Source: Isosphaeraceae bacterium (GTDB lineage Bacteria; Planctomycetota; Planctomycetia; Isosphaerales; Isosphaeraceae). Taken from it: 63,859 bases of DNA. Of this stretch, positions 11,515-21,316 are shown one piece after another. Numbering within the stretch: the stretch's first letter is position 1; each line of letters starts with the position of its first letter. The position numbers and the translations under genes were made by a program. The DNA is taken from the NCBI GenBank assembly GCA_965201075.1, contig CBDAVP010000006.1, forward strand, positions 1-63,859, read 5' to 3'. The notes beneath the pieces are model-generated. The model was not told where the DNA came from, ran no database searches, and saw only the letters and a program-made list of their open reading frames with translations.

Positions 11515-12315
11515 TCAGATCGCCGCGACCGATCCGCCATCCACCCGAAGGTTGGCGCCGGTGATGAAGCTAGCGTGCTCCGAACAAAGGAACGCCACCG
11601 CGGCGGCGACTTCCTCGGGACGCCCACGACGCCGCAACTCCAGCGTCGGCCGCTCTTCCTCGAGGAACGACCGCACGGCCTCGTCGAAGCTGGTGCCGTT
11701 CTTGCTGGCGCGTTTTTCCATCATCGCGTCGGTCATCGGCGTGGCGACGAACGCCGGGGAAACGACATTGACCAGCACGCCCTCGAGGGCATACGCCTTG
11801 GACAACCCCTTGGCGAAGTTCAGGATCGCGGCCTTGCAGGCGCAATAGGGCAACTCATCGGCATAGGGCTGCTCGCCGTCCTCGGACCCGAACAGCACTA
11901 CCCGTCCCCACTTCTCCGCCCTCATCGAGGGGAGAAAGGCCCGACAGACGCGCACGGCGGCCAGGAAGTCGGTGGAGAGGGCCTTGTGCCAGTCGTCATC
12001 GGTGAGGCTCAGAAAGTCGCCGGTCGGCCCGGTGATGCCGGCGGCGTGGACCAAAATCGTCGGCGGCCCCAGTCTCGACCGGACCTCCCCGGCCAGCTTC
12101 GCCACGTCCTCGGGCTTCGTCAGGTCGGCGGGGATCGCGACGACCTCGCCCAGCCCATTGAGGGCTCGCGCGGCTTCCTCCAGCTTGTCGGGATCAACAT
12201 CCGAAAGAGCGATGCGCACGCCCTCGCTCAGCAGAAATTCGGCCGACTTCCAGCCCATCCCCGAGTCGCCGCCGGTGACCACCGCGACCCGCCCACTGAT
12301 GCCCAGATCCATCAA
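11515..12315 (-). CDS. SDR family oxidoreductase
   Basis: TGGDSGMG, YCACK, VNVVSP and C-terminal ITGANLRVDGG. Confidence 0.92.
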   Translation of the reverse strand: MMDLGISGRVAVVTGGDSGMGWKSAEFLLSEGVRIALSDVDPDKLEEAARALNGLGEVVAIPADLTKPEDVAKLAGEVRSRLGPPTILVHAAGITGPTGDFLSLTDDDWHKALSTDFLAAVRVCRAFLPSMRAEKWGRVVLFGSEDGEQPYADELPYCACKAAILNFAKGLSKAYALEGVLVNVVSPAFVATPMTDAMMEKRASKNGTSFDEAVRSFLEEERPTLELRRRGRPEEVAAAVAFLCSEHASFITGANLRVDGGSVAAI

Positions 12316-12398
12316 GAAAGGCCCCCATCACACCGTCGACGAACCAACAGGGCGACACCAACGCCGCCTCGTGAGACGGTTATGGTAGGCGCGAGGGC

Positions 12399-13202
12399 TC
12401 AGGCGGCGAGGTGCTCGGGGTCGGCTTCCCGGGCGGCCAGTTCCACGGCCTGGACATCGGGGCGCTCGCGACCCTCGGCATAAGCGATCAACAGGGCCAG
12501 GTCGGCCAGGCGGTTCAACCGTCGGGGCAGCCCCTCGGCGGCAAGATGCAGCGCCTGGAGGGCAGGGGGATCGAACAGGTCGGCCCCGGCGCCGGCCAGG
12601 CTCAGGCGTCCCAGGACGTAGGCGGCCGATTCGGGTTCCGTCAACGGGCCGAGCAGGCAGCGGGCCGTCAGGCGGTCGACCAGCCCCGGGGGCAGGTGAA
12701 ACAGAACCTCGGGGCCGCCCACCAGCAAAAGGGACAGGTCGGGAGGTCCCGCGCTGGCGAAGTTCAACAGCAAGCGTAGAGCCTCGAAGGTCCCCGGATC
12801 GTCGATCAGGTGCGCTTCATCAACAATCAACAACGGCCGCTCCCCGCGAGCCACGGCCGAGGCGAACGCCTCGCGCAGCCGACGGACCGACCGGCTCAGA
12901 CTCGGGGTTCCTCCAGCCTCGCCAACGCCAGGGGCCACCTCATCGGCAAGATAGGCCAGGAGGTCCGCCGCCGGCATCGCCGGAAACGTCAAATGAACGA
13001 ACCTCGCGCCCATCTCGGCGGCCAGCGTCCGGGCCAGGTGGGTTTTCCCCGATCCGGGCGGCCCATACAGCAAGGCTGGCCCCTGGCCATGCTCCAGGCC
13101 GTAACGCAGCCGCCTCAGGGTTGATTCTCGACTCCCCAGCGGGACCACCCCCCCCGACTCCCCGAACGGTCGCGTCCCGACGCCGAAATGCGATTCGTAC
13201 AT
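12399..13202 (-). CDS. ExeA/GspA-family AAA ATPase
   Basis: MYESHFG..RPF start, Walker A GPPGSGKT, Walker B LIVDEAH, and GLPRRLNRLAD. Confidence 0.9.
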   Translation of the reverse strand: MYESHFGVGTRPFGESGGVVPLGSRESTLRRLRYGLEHGQGPALLYGPPGSGKTHLARTLAAEMGARFVHLTFPAMPAADLLAYLADEVAPGVGEAGGTPSLSRSVRRLREAFASAVARGERPLLIVDEAHLIDDPGTFEALRLLLNFASAGPPDLSLLLVGGPEVLFHLPPGLVDRLTARCLLGPLTEPESAAYVLGRLSLAGAGADLFDPPALQALHLAAEGLPRRLNRLADLALLIAYAEGRERPDVQAVELAAREADPEHLAA

Positions 13203-13248
13203 TCCCGCCCCTCTGGACGCCCCGCGGAACGTCTCGGCGCCCGCGCCT

Positions 13249-14046
13249 TCAAACAAACGTTTCGGCCAGGCCCAGCAACGGCACGCCCCCGGCCTCCAGA
13301 ATCTCCCGAGCCCGCAGCAGGGCGCGTTCGCCGGTCAGGGCGCGGTTGTGGACGAGGATGGCGGCGTCGACCGAACGGTGAAGGACCGCCGCGCTCAGGC
13401 CGGCAAACAGGGGGCTACCGTCGATCAGGACCGTGTCGAACTCCCGTCGCACGCGGGCCATCAGGCAGGCCCATCCCGGCGAGGCCAGGAAGTCTCGGGG
13501 TCGAGCCACCGGCGCCCGTAGCGGCAGAATCGTCAGATGGTCGTCGGGCGCCTCGACCAGTGCCTCGTCGAGCGGCAGGTCGGCCCCCACCACATCGTCC
13601 AGCCCCGCTCGCGGACGGAAGCCCAACTGACGCCCCAGCATCGGCCCGCCCAGGTCGCCGTCGACCAGCAAGGTCCGCCCCGGTCGGCGGGCCAGGGCAC
13701 GCGCCAGCGTCAGAACCAGGGTGGTCCGTCCCTCGGCCCGATGACAACTGGTGAACAGCAACACCTTCTGGCGATGGCGGTTGCGTGCCTCAATCAGCGC
13801 GTCGGCCAGTTGTTCGAACCGCTCGCCGTGACCTCGCTCCAGGGCCCGGACCGTTTCCGGCCAGCGCAAAGCCACCTCGGCACCCGAGTTCGGGGCGAAT
13901 TCCACCTCCGCGAGGGCCATCGGAGCAGCCGTGACGGGGAAGTGGGGCGCCGGAGGCTCGGCCGGAAGGTGGTCGCGAGTGGGTGTTGCGGCCTTGGCCG
14001 GACGGAGGGCGTAGGCTCGGGCCAGCGCCCGATCAATGGCGCCCAT
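13249..14046 (-). CDS. CpsD/CapB (BY-kinase/MinD-like) P-loop protein with variant Walker A
   Basis: LLFTSCHRAEGRTT, TLLVDGDL and VLIDGSP motifs; MGAIDRAL start typical of this family. Confidence 0.8.
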   Translation of the reverse strand: MGAIDRALARAYALRPAKAATPTRDHLPAEPPAPHFPVTAAPMALAEVEFAPNSGAEVALRWPETVRALERGHGERFEQLADALIEARNRHRQKVLLFTSCHRAEGRTTLVLTLARALARRPGRTLLVDGDLGGPMLGRQLGFRPRAGLDDVVGADLPLDEALVEAPDDHLTILPLRAPVARPRDFLASPGWACLMARVRREFDTVLIDGSPLFAGLSAAVLHRSVDAAILVHNRALTGERALLRAREILEAGGVPLLGLAETFV

Positions 14047-14452
14047 GACTCGCCTCCTCGGCCCCATCATCCGGCTCGATGAATCCGGGCAACACGACAT
14101 GGTGGCCCAGGTCGCGGGGGCCAGCCGGCTCGATCGCCGCCGACAGGCTGACAATCGGCTCGAAGTCGGCCGAGGCCGCCGACCGCGGCTCGGCCGCCGA
14201 ACCCCGGCTCGCCGTCCGCCCAGCCAGCGTCGGCAGGATTCCCAACGACACAACCACCCCAATCGTCAAAGCCACCGCGGCCTGGCGAACTTCCCGGCGG
14301 AGCCGGCGACGGCCCTGGGGTCGACTCGGCCACGACCGATGACCCGCGCTCGGCGTGGCCAGGGCGGGGACGCGAATCAAGGTGGGCACCGCTGGGCTCA
14401 CAGAGCGACGGGCTGTTGCCAATCCGGTCGAGATTCCGTTGGGGGTATTCAT
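14033..14452 (-). CDS. Hypothetical single-TM protein
   Basis: Hydrophobic AAVALTIGVVVSLGILP segment; stop overlaps the start of the CpsD-like gene. Confidence 0.55.
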   Translation of the reverse strand: MNTPNGISTGLATARRSVSPAVPTLIRVPALATPSAGHRSWPSRPQGRRRLRREVRQAAVALTIGVVVSLGILPTLAGRTASRGSAAEPRSAASADFEPIVSLSAAIEPAGPRDLGHHVVLPGFIEPDDGAEEASHGRH

Positions 14453-14740
14453 CGGGAAGGTCCCGTCGTCATCAAGGAGAGGTTCGCGTCATCGCGGGTT
14501 TGCGGGTCGCGCGGCTTTTGCCGATCAGCGAGACCCGGGAGGCTTCGCGCCCTACCTAATGAATCGTCCGTCGCCCCGGTAAACTTGAACGACCTTGACG
14601 AGAATGCGCATCGGGCAAACGTCGCGGGCCGCCCTCACTTTTCCCCTATCTTTCCTACAACGCAAGGACCGCGTCGAGCACCCCGGGCAAGGGTGCCGAC
14701 GCGGTCCGTGGGCGACGTCAGTCGGGAAGGGGGGGAGCGA

Positions 14741-16321
14741 TCAGCGGCCTCGGCCAAAGATCCGGAAGAACCCACCGCTCCGTCTGGGGCTCGGCGCCGA
14801 CAGGCCGTTGGGGTCGTTGCCGCCGGTGTTCCCCAGGGCGAAGGCCGGGGCCCGGCCCGCCTCATAGCTCACCACGGGACGGAAAGTCGGAGCCGGTCCA
14901 TTGAACCGCCGAGCGAACAGGCCACCCAGCGCGTTGCCCGAGTTGGCGTTGTCGATCGCCCGGACGTTGGCCTCGGTGACGTAGGGGTTATGACCGGCCC
15001 AGCGGGTCTCGACCACCTCCATCAGGTTCAAAGGCGCGAACATCGCGTCGCCACCAACAGACAACCAGTCCGTCCCGTAGGGGTTGGACTCGTCAACCTG
15101 GCCATTGAGGGCGTAGGTCAGGATGTATTCGTACTTGTTGGTCCGGGGGTTGGGGTCGCCATTATTCAGGTTCGACCCGGAGTTGCCCAGCAGCGTCACC
15201 TCCAGCCGGACGGTCCGCTCCCCCTTGCCGGGGACCGCGTGGTAGGTCGCGGTGTACTTGCCGACGCCGTGGTTCCAAACCTCGGTGGCGGTGCCGGTGG
15301 GGGGGAAGCCGCGGAGGTTGGCCAGCAGGGCCTGCTTCTTGCCGCGGATGTGCGTCTCCAGCATCGCGTGGAAGCGGGCGACGTGGCTATCAGTCCCGTC
15401 GAAGCCGGGGTGCGGCGGGCCGGCGGGGATGTCGGTGGCGTAGTCGCCGATCCGGTGGTTGTAGTGGTTCTCGCCCAGTTCCGCCCACAACGCCTTTAAC
15501 TCGTCCTGGGTCAGGCCCGAACCGGGCGCCGGCTGGGGCTCGTTCAGCAGGATGGACGAGACCGCCCCGCCCAGGCAATGGCCCGGCCAGCGCTGAATGT
15601 CCTTATTCTGGCTGTTGGCCGCTTCCCAGCTCCGAGCCGAGGAGTTGAAAAGCTGGTCGTACTTGAGCATCGGGCTGGGGGTCTGGTAGAGCGTGCCGTC
15701 GGAGCCCCGGAAGGTGGTGTCGTCATACTCGTTGGGGAACCACGTGGAGGTATCGCCGGCCGGCACCGGTGTCTCCAGAATCCCGTTGGGTCCGGCCAGG
15801 ACAATGTCCTGACCCGGGGCGATGTAGCCGCCCGGCGTGGCGACCAGGATGTCATCACCAAAGGCTCGCATCGTGTCGACGCGAGCGTTGCCGTTGGCCC
15901 AGGGCTCGTGGATGGCATCGCTCTTGGTCGGCCAGTAATAGAAGTTCCAGGGCATCCGGGCGGCCTGGCCGACCTGGACGAATTGGCTCTCCACCCCGTA
16001 ATGGTCCTTGCCGCCGGTGACGCGGAAGGTGTACCAACCCTGCTGGTTGTCGCCGACCTCGCCGCCATTCGTGCGGGACTTGCCGTCGGGTCCGGTCAGC
16101 CCCTCGACGGTGGCGCCTTCGGTGGCCTTGATGGTGAGGTTGCCGCCAAACCGGGTCGGGACGTAAACCCCGTAGCCGTGATCGCCCGACTGGTCGGCGA
16201 GATTGCCGCCCAGGGGGACCGTCCGGACCCGCTCGACATCAGCCGCCCCAGAGGCGACCGCCACCGAGGTGGCGACGACCGCCCAGCCCACCGCACCGAC
16301 GAGCCTGCTGCCGATACGCAT
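14741..16321 (-). CDS. Secreted protein resembling the transglutaminase-elicitor (GP42-like) family
   Basis: Signal peptide plus ordered motifs WNFYYWP, SPMLKYD, WPGHCLG..SSIL..EP, ELKAL, FH, EVWNH and YEYIL..NG..W. Confidence 0.7.
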   Translation of the reverse strand: MRIGSRLVGAVGWAVVATSVAVASGAADVERVRTVPLGGNLADQSGDHGYGVYVPTRFGGNLTIKATEGATVEGLTGPDGKSRTNGGEVGDNQQGWYTFRVTGGKDHYGVESQFVQVGQAARMPWNFYYWPTKSDAIHEPWANGNARVDTMRAFGDDILVATPGGYIAPGQDIVLAGPNGILETPVPAGDTSTWFPNEYDDTTFRGSDGTLYQTPSPMLKYDQLFNSSARSWEAANSQNKDIQRWPGHCLGGAVSSILLNEPQPAPGSGLTQDELKALWAELGENHYNHRIGDYATDIPAGPPHPGFDGTDSHVARFHAMLETHIRGKKQALLANLRGFPPTGTATEVWNHGVGKYTATYHAVPGKGERTVRLEVTLLGNSGSNLNNGDPNPRTNKYEYILTYALNGQVDESNPYGTDWLSVGGDAMFAPLNLMEVVETRWAGHNPYVTEANVRAIDNANSGNALGGLFARRFNGPAPTFRPVVSYEAGRAPAFALGNTGGNDPNGLSAPSPRRSGGFFRIFGRGR

Positions 16322-16864
16322 GCTGCCTCCGATTCCCGATTGAGAGCCGACCTAGGGTTGCGTCCCATCCGTCCGGACGCCGGCCCGACGTGATGAGCTC
16401 CGAGCGATCACAAGGACATCAATTCGGCCAGGGGGGCCGGGCTCGTCGAAGAAAACTCGCCCCTCTTCTCCCCCATCCTCTTAAAACTCGTCAAACCCCC
16501 TAGAGACCGCCGAGACGGTATCTCCTCGAATTTCCGGAGACGGCTGAGCGCGGGGCAGGGGCTTGCCGATGATTAGCGTGGCCACCCGAGGGGTGGAGGT
16601 CCAAACCGCCATGATGGCGGAGCGGGACCTCCCTCGCTAGCTCCAGGCCAAAGGGAGTTGCCCCCGTCGCGGGTCGGGGGCCCTGATCGGCGAGGCGGGA
16701 TCTTTCGAGGTTCCGCGTGCTGATCCTCTCTCCGGAGCGGCGGCGTTGGCGAGCGGGCGTTGTCCGTGCATCGGCCCTGCCAAGCCTTGAGGGATTGTTT
16801 GCTGACTGGCTGGACTGAGACCTCGACCGACTGACCCCTCTCTAAACTATATGAGGACCACGCG

Positions 16865-17434
16865 ATGATCAACGCGGCGGCGACCGTCATGCTCGCCCTC
16901 GGCAGCCTGGGCCTGGGCCATCACCAGGGCGAGGCGTACCCCAGCATGCAGGCTCCTTCCAAGGTCCTGCCGGTTCCTTCCAAGGTTGCCCCGGCTCCCC
17001 AGGCTCCGGCCAAGATCGCCCCGGCTCCCCAGGCTCCGGCCAAGGTTGCCCCGGCTCCCCAGGCTCCGGCCAAGATCGCCCCGGCTCCCCAGGCTCCGGC
17101 CAAGGTTGCCCCGGCTCCCCAGGCTCCGGCCAAGGTTGCCCCGGCTCCCCAGGCTCCGGCCAAGGTTGCCCCGGCTCCTCAGGCTCCGGCCAAGGTTGCC
17201 CCGGCTCCTCAGGCTCCGGCCAAGGTTGCCCCGGCTCCTCAGGCTCCGGCCAAGATCGCCCCGGCTCCCCAGGCTCCGGCCAAGGTTGCCCCGGCTCCCC
17301 AGGCTCCGGCCAAGGTTGCCCCGGCTCCTCAGGCTCCGGCCAAGATCGCCCCGGCTCCCCAGGCTCCGGCCAAGGTGATCCCGGCTCCTCAGGCGGCACC
17401 CATGGCTCCGGCCAAGACGTCCCCCCAGATGTAA
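16865..17434 (+). CDS. Secreted/anchored Pro-Ala-rich repeat protein, (K[VI]APAPQAPA)n
   Basis: GAGGA RBS, hydrophobic N-terminus, in-frame 30-bp repeats and a strong hairpin downstream. Confidence 0.8.
   Translation: MINAAATVMLALGSLGLGHHQGEAYPSMQAPSKVLPVPSKVAPAPQAPAKIAPAPQAPAKVAPAPQAPAKIAPAPQAPAKVAPAPQAPAKVAPAPQAPAKVAPAPQAPAKVAPAPQAPAKVAPAPQAPAKIAPAPQAPAKVAPAPQAPAKVAPAPQAPAKIAPAPQAPAKVIPAPQAAPMAPAKTSPQM
16981..17400 (+). repeat. 30-bp tandem repeat, 13 near-identical copies plus one variant
   Basis: CAAG(GTT/ATC)GCCCCGGCTCC(C/T)CAGGCTCCGGC repeated head to tail with no spacers; variation is synonymous or V/I. Confidence 0.97.
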
Positions 17435-17496
17435 TGCCCGAGACCGGGACCCTGTCCCGGTCGTGACGGCCAACCGGCGGCTTCGGCTGACCGGAT

Positions 17497-17541
17497 ACGA
17501 AGGCGGCCTCCGGTCATTCCGGAGGCCGCCTTCGTTTCGTT
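17497..17541 (+). terminator. Intrinsic terminator-like hairpin
   Basis: Perfect 17-bp stem ACGAAGGCGGCCTCCGG/CCGGAGGCCGCCTTCGT, 5-nt loop, followed by TTCGTT. Confidence 0.75.
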
Positions 17542-17895
17542 GGGGTCCACACTCGCTCCAGATTCGCAACGGCCGGGTCGGCTCCCGACCTCAAACGTGC
17601 CTGGTCCCCCGCCTCACCTTTCCCCACGCTTCTCGACGGCCCCGGGGCTTCCTGGCGTTCCCAATCCGCCCCGGAATTGATTCCCGAAGTCAACGACGAC
17701 GGCTCGCGCCTGGTTTTTCGGGACAACCCCCGACGGCGAACTATTCTCGAAACAGGGGCCGTTCGATCGCGAAGGCCCCACTCCGAGGCCGTCGGGAGGC
17801 GGCCTCGGGGTCATTCGCGACGGCCAACCCCGGAGCCGTCGCCGATCCACGCCCGCCGGCCGTCGCCGGTCCTGACGGGGGGAAAGGGTTCCGCC

Positions 17896-20616
17896 ATGGC
17901 TCGCTTCGATCGCCAACGCCGCCGCCGCCGTCGCGCCGCCCGCCCCCTCCTGGAGGGCCTGGAAGGGCGGATTGTCTGCTCGGCCGATGGGTCGCTCAAC
18001 GTCGTGGCGACCAACCCGGCCCCCGGCCAGGTCTTCACCGCCTCCCCAACCACTTTGGTCCTGACCTTCGACACCCCCATCGACCCGAACTCCCTGACCG
18101 ACGACATCGAGGTCGACGCGATCGACGACCAGGGGGGCCTGACGCCCCTGTCGGTGTCGATCCAGGAGTCGCTGGACGAGACGGGCACCGAGTTGATCGC
18201 GACGCTGCCGGCCGGGGCGCTCGCCCCCGGTCACTACGCGCTGAACCTTAGCTTCCTGACGCTGCTGGCGGGCGTCGATGGCTCGATCCCGTTCTCCGGC
18301 TCGGAGCCCCTGAGCGACTTCTACGTGGCGGCGCCGGTGGCCGGGCCCACGCTCTCCGGGGCGACCGACCTGGGCGTCCCAAACTCGACGCCCCTGTCCG
18401 TTGTTGGCTCGCTCGACCTGTCGACCTCCCCCGGCCTGGCGAACCTTTACAAGATCACGCTGCCGGCCGGCTCGAACTGGAGGCTGGGAGTCGAGGTCGA
18501 CGCCCAGCGGATCGGCAGCCAGTTGGACTCGGCCCTGGCCCTGCTGGACGACCAGGGGCGGGTGATCGCCACCGCCGAGCACGGCCTGTCCGACGCCCCG
18601 GGCGACCCTTTCCTGTTTCAGGGGTTGGCTCCGGGGACGTATTACCTCGGAATCTCGGGTGCAAGCGACCTCCCCGGCCAGCCCGGGGGCTACGACCCGG
18701 TCGCCGGCACCCTGGGGGCAGCCGACGTTTCCCAGTCCGGCGGCGCATACCGTCTGCTGGTCGTGGCCGACCCCGTCTCCGCCCCCACGAGCCTCCTCTC
18801 GGCCCACCTGAGTTACGCCGACCCCCTCGCCCCGGCGACCCCCACGGGCCTGGACCTCCTGTTCTCGGGCGCCATGAGGTTGGACAGCGCTGACGGCCAG
18901 ACGGTCGGGCCGGTGGAAATGGGCCTCGACGTCGTGGATGACTCGGGCAAGGTTTGGCCCCTGGCGACCGCCAGCCTGGGCGACGGAGGGGCCTCCTTCT
19001 CGTTCCTGTTCCGCGACCGCCTGCCAGCGGGCCACTACGTCGTCCGCCTCGACCCCAACGGCTTGCTGGCGGACCTCGCCGGCAACGCCCCGGTGGCCGC
19101 CGGGCAAGCCGCCGGGGTGCTGGCCACCTTCGACGTCGCGACGCCCCCCAACGCGGACGATCCCAACGACCTCGGCTCGATCACCGCGAACGCCTCCCTC
19201 GCGGGGATCAGCCACGACGTCGACCTCGCCCCGAACGGCTCGGTGTCGATCCGCCTCGTCCTCGAATTCGCCGGTCTTTACGAGATCGCTAACGCGACCA
19301 ACGGCCCGCTGACCATCACCCCGGTCGGCCCCGACGGCTTGCCCGTCACGGAGAGCAAGGCCGGGCTCTGGGCGCTCCAGCCCGGCGTTTACTTCCTGAA
19401 CCTGACCGCCGGAGACTCGGGGGCCCACGGCCAGATCACGTTTTCCTGGCCGTTCTCGGGTTCCTCGAGCGACACTTTGTTCCTCAACGGGGTCGGGCAG
19501 GGGCCCGCCCTCAACCTCCGGCTGATCGCCCCCACCCTCCCGACCGCCCCCACGAGCGGCCCAACCGTCACTGGGTCCTCCCCGTCCCTCCCGACCACGA
19601 CGACCCCAACCGCCCCCCAGGAGCCTTCCGCACCGGCAACCTCGGAAACCCTGGTGGCATCGACCCCAGCGTCCAACCCGACGACAACGACGACGACAAC
19701 GACAACGACCATCTCGACGTCCAGCCAGACTCCACCGACAAGCCCGATCCTCGACGCACCGACAACCCCAACCCCGACGACGACCAGTCCGTCGGTTCCG
19801 GCCGCCCCCCCAAGTTCCACCCTCCCGACCGCCCCCCCCTCGCGTCCGTTCCCGGTACCCGAGGTGCCCTCCGCGCCGAGCGAGGCGACCGCGACCGAGC
19901 CGGTCAGGGCTTCCGGCGGCCCGGTCTCAATGATCGGGGGTCCGGTCACGGAACGGGCCGGGATGGTGGGGTCGGTGGGGCTCTACCTGACCCCCGGCGG
20001 CGGAGTTGTCGGATGGCCGTCGGCGGTTGAGGAGTCTTCGGTCACGATGGCTCAGGAACGGGAAGGCCCCGTCGCGCTGGCCACCGCCGGACAATCGCTG
20101 AACTCGACCGAATGCGACCTCGCCCCGGCCGGTTCCTCTCCGTTGACTCAAGGTCGCCGGGCCCCTCGGCCGTCGGATACCCCATCGACCGACGGCGCGA
20201 TCCGGCTCGCCGCCAACGATCCCGCCGTCCCGTCCGCCGACGTCCCTCTGACCGCCGGGACCACGCCCCCGACCTGGCTCGGTTCGCTCCGGGAAGCCCT
20301 CGCCTCGCTGCTGCCCAACCGTCGAGACGGGCGGAACGAGGCCGGGGCTCCGTCGGACGGCCCTGGCGCCGCAACCCCAAATTCTCCCGAGAGTTGGGTC
20401 AACGACGCGGTCGCCTCCGAGGAGCAACCCGAAGTGGAGGAAGCGTGCGTTGGCGGCCACCTTGGGTTTGGCATGGTGGCGGTCGCCGTGGCTCACGGGG
20501 TTCGGGTCTATCGCAAGGCGCGGGGTTCGTCGGGGAAGCTGGCCCCCTCGGCGGCCCGGCCCTCAGGACGATCCCCGATCCCCGGCGGTCCTTCCCGGGC
20601 TCGGCGGGGCGTCTGA
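17896..20616 (+). CDS. Large surface protein: planctomycete extracellular motif, Ig-like/PPC-type domains, P/T/S-rich stalk, C-terminal hydrophobic anchor
   Basis: Leader RRRRAARPLLEGLEGRIVCS; PPC-like LDSALALLD..GRVIA...DPFLFQGLAPGTYYLGISG; C-terminal LGFGMVAVAVAHGVRVYRK. Confidence 0.8.
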   Translation: MARFDRQRRRRRRAARPLLEGLEGRIVCSADGSLNVVATNPAPGQVFTASPTTLVLTFDTPIDPNSLTDDIEVDAIDDQGGLTPLSVSIQESLDETGTELIATLPAGALAPGHYALNLSFLTLLAGVDGSIPFSGSEPLSDFYVAAPVAGPTLSGATDLGVPNSTPLSVVGSLDLSTSPGLANLYKITLPAGSNWRLGVEVDAQRIGSQLDSALALLDDQGRVIATAEHGLSDAPGDPFLFQGLAPGTYYLGISGASDLPGQPGGYDPVAGTLGAADVSQSGGAYRLLVVADPVSAPTSLLSAHLSYADPLAPATPTGLDLLFSGAMRLDSADGQTVGPVEMGLDVVDDSGKVWPLATASLGDGGASFSFLFRDRLPAGHYVVRLDPNGLLADLAGNAPVAAGQAAGVLATFDVATPPNADDPNDLGSITANASLAGISHDVDLAPNGSVSIRLVLEFAGLYEIANATNGPLTITPVGPDGLPVTESKAGLWALQPGVYFLNLTAGDSGAHGQITFSWPFSGSSSDTLFLNGVGQGPALNLRLIAPTLPTAPTSGPTVTGSSPSLPTTTTPTAPQEPSAPATSETLVASTPASNPTTTTTTTTTTISTSSQTPPTSPILDAPTTPTPTTTSPSVPAAPPSSTLPTAPPSRPFPVPEVPSAPSEATATEPVRASGGPVSMIGGPVTERAGMVGSVGLYLTPGGGVVGWPSAVEESSVTMAQEREGPVALATAGQSLNSTECDLAPAGSSPLTQGRRAPRPSDTPSTDGAIRLAANDPAVPSADVPLTAGTTPPTWLGSLREALASLLPNRRDGRNEAGAPSDGPGAATPNSPESWVNDAVASEEQPEVEEACVGGHLGFGMVAVAVAHGVRVYRKARGSSGKLAPSAARPSGRSPIPGGPSRARRGV

Positions 20617-21279
20617 CCCGGCGGCCACCTCGAGGCGTTGGTAGACCAGCCGGTTGCCCCGCTTGCCCACAACCTCGGCGGCGCCCGAGAGCCTCAGACC
20701 ATACGCCACTCGCTGGGCGAACGCCTCGGACCGACCGGCGATCTCGGCGAGGTCTCGCGTCGTGAACGTCCCGGCCGGCTCCTCGGGCAGCAAGTCCCAC
20801 AGGTCGACAGCCACCCGCAACTCCGCCGTTTGGACGACCTCCCGCAGCCGGCGGTCCACCACGCCGTATCCGGGACGCCGCCCACGGGGGATGCGTACCT
20901 CGTCGATGGCCACACCAAGCACGTCGACCCGCAGGTTCGGGTGGGGGAAGACCGTGGCCAGGCCGACCAGGTCGTCGAAAACGTCGAGGATCGCGCCTCG
21001 GCAGGGACTCAGCCGGGCCCCCAGGTCGGGGCCTCCCGGCCGCGCCCGGCGGACGATTCGCCGGGCCACGACCATCGGCTTGACGACCCGGACCCGATGC
21101 GTCGGCAGGAGCCTGGACAACTTTCCCCGCAGCGGTCCCAACGCCGCCGACTGCACCTCGACGAGCGTCCCGTCGGGCTCGATCGCGTCGACGCGGAAGC
21201 CGGCGACCACCACCTCGCAACGGCCACCGCGGTCGGGCCCATAGCGAGCCTTGAGCTGGCGATGCAGCGTTGATTCCAA
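20563..21279 (-). CDS. Conserved hypothetical protein, PD-(D/E)xK-like N-terminus and C-terminal winged HTH
   Basis: ESTLHRQLK...RVDAI...LVEVQ; C-terminal FTTRDLAE...AQRVAYGLRLSG...GKRGN. Confidence 0.7.
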   Translation of the reverse strand: MESTLHRQLKARYGPDRGGRCEVVVAGFRVDAIEPDGTLVEVQSAALGPLRGKLSRLLPTHRVRVVKPMVVARRIVRRARPGGPDLGARLSPCRGAILDVFDDLVGLATVFPHPNLRVDVLGVAIDEVRIPRGRRPGYGVVDRRLREVVQTAELRVAVDLWDLLPEEPAGTFTTRDLAEIAGRSEAFAQRVAYGLRLSGAAEVVGKRGNRLVYQRLEVAAGSDAPPSPGRTAGDRGSS

Positions 21280-21316
21280 CGGGTCAGGCCCCTCGTCCCC
21301 TCGATTTGTCCCAAAG

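Noticed and set aside
16981..17400. 30-bp repeats as a possible CRISPR array
   Set aside because: The repeats are contiguous with no unique spacers, are in frame within an ORF, vary only synonymously or V/I, and no cas genes are present.
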